Virus record (IMG/VR): IMGVR_UViG_2603880148_000010
DNA from: a virus
Taxonomy: Duplodnaviria > Heunggongvirae > Uroviricota > Caudoviricetes
DNA length: 6,628 nucleotides
Strand: one strand, 5' to 3'
In this document: piece by piece, positions 1 to 4,964 of the stretch
Numbering within the stretch: the stretch's first letter is position 1
How the letters are laid out: every line of letters starts with the position of its first letter
Translations under genes and position numbers: made by a program
The notes under the pieces: generated by a model
The model's database searches: none
What the model was told of the DNA's origin: nothing
Seen by the model: the letters and a program-made list of their open reading frames with translations, nothing else

Positions 1-155
1 CACCGACGTAGCCCCACTGTTCGTCCATTTCCGCGCAGACGATGACGTCACTGCCCGGCTGTATGCGCGAGGTTACCGACTGCGGCCTGAGTTTTTTAAA
101 TGGCGGAAAATCGTGTTGAGGCCAACGCCCATAATGCGGGCGGTTGCCCGGCATC
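1..155 (-). CDS. insB: IS1 transposase InsB reading frame (5' part only; 3' end beyond window start); normally expressed as the InsAB' fusion by -1 frameshifting
   Basis: Minus-strand frame translates from ATG at 153-155 as [16 protein letters not shown]... and continues without a stop to position 1. It overlaps the insA 3' end in the -1 frame at the A6C slippery motif. Confidence 0.85.
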
Positions 156-348
156 CAACGCCATTCATGGCCATATCAATGATTTTCTGGTGCGTACCGG
201 GTTGAGAAGCGGTGTAAGTGAACTGCAGTTGCCATGTTTTACGGCAGTGAGAGCAGAGATAGCGCTGATGTCCGGCAGTGCTTTTGCCGTTACGCACCAC
301 CCCGTCAGTAGCTGAACAGGAGGGACAGCTGATAGAAACAGAAGCCAC
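73..348 (-). CDS. insA: IS1 InsA (transposition repressor / N-terminal part of the InsAB' transposase), 91 aa
   Basis: ORF translation [43 protein letters not shown]...[11 protein letters not shown] is the canonical InsA, with a CxxC...CxxC zinc finger and helix-turn-helix; TAA stop at 73-75. Confidence 0.93.
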   Translation of the reverse strand: MASVSISCPSCSATDGVVRNGKSTAGHQRYLCSHCRKTWQLQFTYTASQPGTHQKIIDMAMNGVGCRATARIMGVGLNTIFRHLKNSGRSR

Positions 349-380
349 TGGAGCACCTCAAAAACACCATCATACACTAA

Positions 381-403
381 ATCAGTAAGTTGGCAGCATC
401 ACC
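381..403. repeat. IS1 terminal inverted repeat (insA-proximal end, IRL); element/chromosome junction at 403|404
   Basis: Minus-strand sequence GGTGATGCTGCCAACTTACTGAT ends exactly where the ynfA reading frame resumes. Confidence 0.85.
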
Positions 404-687
404 AAATTATTGGATGCTTTCTGCCCTGGTTGTGGTTAAAACGAAACGCCAGTATCTGGCTGTTGCTTCCGGCGGGGATTTCACTGGCGCTGTTTGTCTG
501 GTTGTTAACGTTGCATCCAGCGGCGAGTGGGCGTGTTTACGCGGCTTATGGTGGCGTTTATGTCTGCACGGCGTTGATGTGGCTGCGCGTTGTGGATGGC
601 GTGAAACTGACTCTTTATGACTGGACGGGTGCGTTGATTGCGCTTTGCGGCATGTTGATCATTGTTGCGGGCTGGGGGCGCACGTAG
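404..687 (+). pseudogene. ynfA: ynfA (UPF0060 family small inner-membrane protein) 3' fragment, disrupted by IS1 within codon 15
   Basis: In-frame translation from 406 reads [93 protein letters not shown], which I recognise as YnfA residues ~16-108. The first ~15 codons and the native start are absent and are replaced by the IS1 end. The ORF track's 'M' at 430 is a TTG that corresponds to an internal Leu. Confidence 0.85.
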
Positions 688-689
688 GA

Positions 690-892
690 ACATAAATCCA
701 TTTTATCAATAAGATAAGAGGAAGTGTCAGCTGACAAAAGGTATTCTATTTCATCTTTTGTCAACCATTCACAGCGCAAATATACGCCTTTTTTTGTGAT
801 CACTCCGGCTTTTTTCGATCTTTATACTTGTATGGTAGTAGCTCAGTTGCGTAGATTTCATGCATCACGACAAGCGATGCAAGGAATCGAAC
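690..892 (+). promoter_or_regulatory. rspA upstream regulatory region (putative promoter; exact elements not resolved)
   Basis: A 200-bp AT-rich non-coding gap precedes rspA. It contains a TATACT -10-like hexamer (823-828), an 8-bp palindrome GTGATCAC (796-803) with a Dam GATC and a TGTGA CRP-like half-site (795-799), and a Shine-Dalgarno AAGGA (881-885) 7 nt before the ATG. The operon is known to be regulated, but the site assignments are my inference. Confidence 0.3.
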
Positions 893-2107
893 ATGAAGAT
901 CGTAAAGGCTGAAGTTTTTGTTACCTGTCCGGGGCGTAATTTCGTCACATTAAAAATCACCACTGAGGACGGTATTACGGGCCTTGGGGATGCCACCCTC
1001 AATGGACGTGAGCTTTCCGTGGCCTCTTATTTGCAGGATCACCTTTGTCCGCAGCTTATTGGTCGCGATGCGCACCGTATCGAAGATATCTGGCAGTTTT
1101 TCTATAAAGGTGCTTACTGGCGTCGCGGTCCGGTTACGATGTCGGCCATTTCAGCGGTTGATATGGCGCTGTGGGATATTAAAGCCAAAGCTGCCAACAT
1201 GCCGCTTTACCAGTTACTCGGCGGCGCGTCTCGTGAAGGGGTGATGGTTTATTGCCATACCACCGGTCACAGTATTGATGAAGCTCTGGATGATTATGCC
1301 CGTCATCAGGAGCTGGGATTCAAAGCCATCCGCGTGCAGTGCGGAATCCCTGGTATGAAAACCACCTACGGCATGTCGAAAGGTAAAGGTCTGGCTTATG
1401 AACCCGCAACCAAAGGACAGTGGCCGGAAGAGCAGCTGTGGTCGACGGAGAAATACCTCGATTTCATGCCGAAATTGTTTGACGCGGTACGTAACAAGTT
1501 TGGTTTTAATGAACATTTGCTGCATGACATGCACCATCGCTTAACGCCTATTGAAGCGGCGCGCTTTGGTAAAAGCATTGAAGATTATCGCATGTTCTGG
1601 ATGGAAGACCCGACGCCTGCAGAAAACCAGGAATGCTTCCGTCTCATTCGCCAACATACCGTCACACCCATCGCAGTGGGTGAAGTCTTCAACAGCATCT
1701 GGGACTGCAAACAACTGATTGAAGAGCAACTCATCGATTATATCCGCACCACGCTGACCCATGCAGGCGGAATTACCGGTATGCGCCGGATTGCCGATTT
1801 TGCTTCGTTGTATCAGGTACGTACTGGCTCACACGGTCCTTCCGATTTGTCACCAGTCTGCATGGCTGCGGCGCTGCACTTTGATCTGTGGGTCCCCAAT
1901 TTCGGTGTCCAGGAGTACATGGGTTATTCCGAACAAATGCTCGAAGTCTTCCCGCACAACTGGACTTTCGATAACGGCTATATGCATCCGGGAGACAAAC
2001 CGGGTCTTGGCATCGAATTCGATGAAAAGCTGGCGGCGAAATATCCCTATGAACCTGCTTATCTGCCAGTCGCACGTCTGGAAGATGGCACGCTGTGGAA
2101 CTGGTAA
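893..2107 (+). CDS. rspA: RspA, starvation-sensing protein; enolase-superfamily D-mannonate dehydratase-like enzyme (404 aa)
   Basis: Translation from ATG 893 ([43 protein letters not shown]...[11 protein letters not shown]) matches RspA as I know it. SD AAGGA sits at proper spacing. The upstream in-frame ATG at 860 in the ORF track lacks an RBS and would add 11 non-native residues. Confidence 0.93.
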
Positions 2108-2118
2108 GGAGTAAGGTA

Positions 2119-3138
2119 ATGAAAAGCATTTTAATTGAAAAACCGAATCAACTGTCGATTATCGAACGTGAAATACCCACCCCGTCAGCGGGTGAAGTAC
2201 GAGTAAAAGTGAAACTTGCCGGAATTTGTGGTTCAGATAGCCATATTTACCGTGGGCATAATCCTTTTGCGAAATATCCGCGCGTCATTGGTCATGAATT
2301 CTTTGGCGTCATTGATGCGGTGGGTGAAGGTGTGGAAAGCGCCAGAGTCGGTGAACGCGTTGCTGTCGATCCAGTGGTCAGCTGTGGGCATTGCTATCCG
2401 TGCTCTATAGGTAAGCCGAACGTTTGTACGACACTTGCTGTATTAGGTGTGCACGCTGACGGTGGTTTCAGTGAATATGCCGTGGTTCCGGCAAAAAATG
2501 CGTGGAAAATTCCTGAAGCAGTGGCCGATCAATATGCGGTGATGATCGAACCTTTTACCATTGCGGCTAACGTTACCGGTCATGGTCAACCGACTGAAAA
2601 TGATACCGTTCTGGTTTATGGTGCCGGTCCAATCGGCCTGACGATCGTTCAGGTATTAAAAGGCGTCTATAACGTTAAAAATGTGATTGTTGCCGATCGC
2701 ATTGATGAACGACTGGAAAAAGCGAAAGAGAGCGGGGCTGACTGGGCGATTAATAACAGCCAGACACCGCTTGGCGAGATTTTCACTGAAAAAGGCATCA
2801 AGCCGACATTAATTATCGATGCGGCTTGTCATCCTTCTATCCTGAAAGAGGCCGTAACGCTGGCTTCTCCAGCGGCACGTATTGTATTGATGGGCTTCTC
2901 CAGTGAACCGTCTGAAGTGATTCAGCAAGGAATTACCGGAAAAGAACTCTCTATTTTCTCTTCACGCTTAAATGCAAATAAATTCCCGGTCGTTATCGAC
3001 TGGTTAAGTAAAGGGTTAATTAAACCAGAAAAATTAATTACCCATACGTTTGATTTCCAGCATGTTGCTGATGCCATTAGTTTATTTGAACAGGATCAAA
3101 AACATTGCTGCAAAGTCTTACTCACTTTTTCTGAATAA
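2119..3138 (+). CDS. rspB: RspB, zinc-dependent medium-chain alcohol/sugar-acid dehydrogenase family protein (339 aa)
   Basis: Translation from ATG 2119 (MKSILIEKPNQLSIIEREIPTPSAGEVRVKVKLAGICGSDSHIYRGHNPF...) with a strong SD AAGGAGTAAGG just upstream. It carries MDR hallmarks: catalytic-zinc motif CGSDSH, GHE motif (VIGHEFFGV), structural-zinc Cys cluster CGHCYPCSIGKPNVC, and a Rossmann GxGxxG (VYGAGPIGL). It starts 12 nt after the rspA stop, so the two form an operon. Confidence 0.93.
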   Translation: MKSILIEKPNQLSIIEREIPTPSAGEVRVKVKLAGICGSDSHIYRGHNPFAKYPRVIGHEFFGVIDAVGEGVESARVGERVAVDPVVSCGHCYPCSIGKPNVCTTLAVLGVHADGGFSEYAVVPAKNAWKIPEAVADQYAVMIEPFTIAANVTGHGQPTENDTVLVYGAGPIGLTIVQVLKGVYNVKNVIVADRIDERLEKAKESGADWAINNSQTPLGEIFTEKGIKPTLIIDAACHPSILKEAVTLASPAARIVLMGFSSEPSEVIQQGITGKELSIFSSRLNANKFPVVIDWLSKGLIKPEKLITHTFDFQHVADAISLFEQDQKHCCKVLLTFSE

Positions 3139-3151
3139 TACCAATAACGGC

Positions 3152-3182
3152 GAGTAAGTAGTACGCATCTTACCTCTTTTTT
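3152..3182 (+). terminator. Weak candidate intrinsic terminator downstream of rspB
   Basis: A short stem GTAAG (3154-3158) / CTTAC (3169-3173) with a 10-nt loop is followed by CTCTTTTTT (3174-3182). The stem is only 5 bp and AT-rich, so this is tentative. Confidence 0.2.
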
Positions 3183-3195
3183 AGAGATAACCATT

Positions 3196-3306
3196 ATGAC
3201 AATAGAAAAACACGAAAGAAGCACTAAGGATTTGGTGAAAGCAGCAGTATCGGGATGGCTGGGCACTGCGCTTGAATTTATGGATTTCAAGAGTCATGCG
3301 TGTTAA
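3196..3306 (+). pseudogene. ydfJ: Orphan 36-codon ORF resembling the N-terminus of a metabolite:H+ symporter (MHS)-type MFS transporter; probable 5' remnant of a gene split by prophage integration
   Basis: ATG 3196 translates as MTIEKHERSTKDLVKAAVSGWLGTALEFMDFKSHAC*. The AxxG-x-L-x-E-(W/F)-x-DF segment is the conserved N-terminal motif of ProP/KgtP/ShiA-type transporters, and the frame stops 5 codons later, right at the AT-rich prophage edge. Naming it ydfJ rests on my recollection that the reference K-12 genome has ydfJ split by the Qin prophage next to rspB; this is unverified here. Confidence 0.55.
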
Positions 3307-3325
3307 CTATTTGATAAATATTAAA

Positions 3326-4606
3326 TTAATTTTTCATTGCTTCGTTATGGGGCATGGTTGGGGCAAACTCGCTTAACTGTGTATTTAACAAAGCTACCTG
3401 TGCATTATTGTTTTCAGACATCCATTTTCCGTATACCTGAAATACCATTTGCGCATCTGCATGGCCCATCTGGTTTGCTATAAATGCCGGGTTAGCACCA
3501 GCTGTCAGCGACCAGCAGGCATAAGTATGTCTCGACTGATATGATTTTCGATGGCGGAGTCCGGCACGTTTTATCGCTGCGTCCCACATCTGCCTTATTG
3601 AGTCAACGGTAAAATGGTCACCATAATTTTTTACTCTCGCTGACACTTCAGGTTGAAAAACAAAGGTGCATTTTTGTTTTTCTGTTCTGCCATACTCTCT
3701 GAGGTGAACATCAATGATATGCTCTTTGCTCAGTCTCGTTAATGTCATCTGACTCCGGAGAGCGTCGATTGCTGGCTTAATAAGATGAATGACCCGATTG
3801 GTTCCCGCCTGTGTTTTTGGTACCGTGAAACGGTCTTTTGCTAAATTTCTCCTGATCATCATTGTTCCATTTTTCAGATCTATGTCCTCCCATCCAAGTG
3901 CACACAGCTCACCAGGGCGAACGCCAGTATAAACAGAAACACACCATAAATTTTTTGCTTGCTGATTTCTGCACGCATCGATAAGACGGATAAATTCCTC
4001 CCGCGAAAGAGGATCCGGAATGGTTCTTGATTCCTTTAATGGCGAGATCCCCTTAAACGGGTTATCTGCCAGGTAACCGTTATCAACACCAAACTGGAAC
4101 ACGGCGTTAAGATTTGTCATGTAATTATTTACAGTTACAGCCGATCTCCCTGGTTGTGTAACAATATAGTTACTTTTGGGGATCTGGTATCCAGTCAGTA
4201 GCTCTTTACGAACCTCCAGTAATTTTTCTTTATTAATCGATGAGGCAAGATTTTTTTCACCGATTATGCTCAGGATATTTTTGATGACGGCACGGTATGT
4301 GTTGAGTGATGTTTTTGCGACTTCAGTTTCTTTCAGTGCCAGAAATTTTTCAGCCAGTTCTTTTATGGTTAAATCTTGTCGGGCCTCACCAAATTTTTCC
4401 AGATTGCGTGAGGAGGGAAACTGTTTTGCATAGTCGAAAACACCAGTTTTTATTGCGTAACAAACAGAGGCGCGTAGCTCACCTGCAACGCGCCTGTTTT
4501 TTGCTGTGTCAGGAACCCCCAGGTTTTCCCTGACTCTTACGCCTTTATAAACAAACCAGATACGTAATTTCCCTCCATGGTTTTCCACGCCTGTCGGATA
4601 TTTCAT
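3326..4606 (-). CDS. Phage integrase, tyrosine site-specific recombinase (about 426 aa)
   Basis: Long minus-strand ORF with tyrosine-recombinase box I (TGVRPGELCALGWEDID) and box II (SRHTYACWSLTAGANPAFIANQMGHADAQMVFQVYGKW), giving an R...H-x-x-R...Y catalytic set. I prefer the ATG at 4606 (MKYPTGVENHGGKLRIWF..., preceded by purine-rich GAGAGAAG) over the ORF-track start at 4621, which has no SD. It sits at the prophage edge next to the host junction. Confidence 0.92.
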   Translation of the reverse strand: MKYPTGVENHGGKLRIWFVYKGVRVRENLGVPDTAKNRRVAGELRASVCYAIKTGVFDYAKQFPSSRNLEKFGEARQDLTIKELAEKFLALKETEVAKTSLNTYRAVIKNILSIIGEKNLASSINKEKLLEVRKELLTGYQIPKSNYIVTQPGRSAVTVNNYMTNLNAVFQFGVDNGYLADNPFKGISPLKESRTIPDPLSREEFIRLIDACRNQQAKNLWCVSVYTGVRPGELCALGWEDIDLKNGTMMIRRNLAKDRFTVPKTQAGTNRVIHLIKPAIDALRSQMTLTRLSKEHIIDVHLREYGRTEKQKCTFVFQPEVSARVKNYGDHFTVDSIRQMWDAAIKRAGLRHRKSYQSRHTYACWSLTAGANPAFIANQMGHADAQMVFQVYGKWMSENNNAQVALLNTQLSEFAPTMPHNEAMKN

Positions 4607-4640
4607 TTCAACTTCTCTCATTAGTTAGTGTGGCTTTTAG

Positions 4641-4892
4641 TCAAGTAAGATGACGTCTTGGTCTTGCTGATGCCTGGCGCTCAATCCAGCGATCAATTTC
4701 TTCCAGGTTGTAAAAGCATGGACTGTTATCCCATGGCATACCGTCATGAGCGACATGCTTATATTCCCTTCCTTCCATAAACGATTTTTCCCGGGCCTTT
4801 TTTAACGTACCTTTTTTTATTCCTTTCAGCGCAATTAACTGCTCTTCGGATACCCATTTGCCGGGAGAGACAATCATGATTACTTCGCTCAT
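4641..4892 (-). CDS. Excisionase-like / small DNA-binding protein (83 aa), the xis position of the int-xis module
   Basis: Small basic ORF (MSEVIMIVSPGKWVSEEQLIALKGIKKGTLKKAREKSFMEGREYKHVAHDGMPWDNSPCFYNLEEIDRWIERQASARPRRHLT) immediately upstream of int and co-directional with it. Size, position and charge fit prophage excisionase-like proteins. The start is ambiguous: ATG 4892 or the in-frame ATG at 4877 (MIVSPGKW...). Confidence 0.7.
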   Translation of the reverse strand: MSEVIMIVSPGKWVSEEQLIALKGIKKGTLKKAREKSFMEGREYKHVAHDGMPWDNSPCFYNLEEIDRWIERQASARPRRHLT

Positions 4893-4920
4893 CGATTTCT
4901 TTATCTCTTACATCAGACGA

Positions 4921-4955
4921 GCGCCGGTTGCAGAATACCAGTCACAACCGGCGAC
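4921..4955. other. Inverted repeat in the intergenic gap between the exonuclease gene and xis
   Basis: CGCCGGTTG (4922-4930) and CAACCGGCG (4946-4954) form a perfect 9-bp stem around a 15-nt loop. On the transcribed minus strand no U-tract follows, so it is not a classical intrinsic terminator. Confidence 0.5.
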
Positions 4956-4964
4956 AGTTGAACA

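Larger units (their letters stand above)
1..403 (-). mobile_element. IS1 insertion sequence, partial (the insA-proximal ~403 bp of the ~768-bp element; the rest lies beyond the window start)
   Basis: Reverse complement of 1..403 matches the IS1 sequence as I recall it: terminal repeat GGTGATGCTGCCAACTTACTGAT, canonical 91-aa InsA, A6C frameshift motif TTAAAAAAC (minus strand, + coords ~91-99), and an insB frame reading ...[33 protein letters not shown] off the window edge. Confidence 0.93.

Noticed and set aside
100-377. ORFs 100..315 (+) and 165..377 (-) inside the IS1 region
   Set aside because: They overlap the well-defined insA/insB frames of IS1 in other frames or on the other strand. 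They are not known IS1 genes and are best explained as chance ORFs.
390-912. ORFs 390..620 (+), 505..693 (-), 615..803 (-) and 724..912 (+)
   Set aside because: They are out of frame with, or antisense to, the recognisable ynfA remnant, or lie in the AT-rich rspA promoter region. They have no RBS and no recognisable motifs.
2095-2118. Longer rspB start at ATG 2095 ([11 protein letters not shown]...)
   Set aside because: It overlaps the rspA stop and has no SD. The ATG at 2119 has a near-consensus SD and gives the native-looking MKSILIEK N-terminus.
984-2129. Several 60-118-aa ORFs overlapping rspA on either strand (984..1244, 1214..1537, 1396..1578, 1541..1762, 1761..2114, 1773..2129)
   Set aside because: They are embedded in the strongly supported rspA frame, so they are shadow ORFs.
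2216-2410. ORF 2216..2410 (+)
   Set aside because: It is an alternate frame inside rspB, so a shadow ORF.
3096-3290. ORF 3096..3290 (-), 64 aa
   Set aside because: It is antisense to the rspB 3' end and to the transporter N-terminal fragment, with no motifs or RBS. The plus-strand MFS-like peptide is the better explanation for this region.
3139-3330. tRNA or tmRNA gene as the prophage integration target
   Set aside because: No cloverleaf-compatible sequence or conserved tRNA 3' end is evident next to the integrase. The junction instead falls inside a protein-coding fragment.
4176-4533. ORFs 4176..4433 (+) and 4306..4533 (+)
   Set aside because: They are antisense to the integrase gene, so shadow ORFs.
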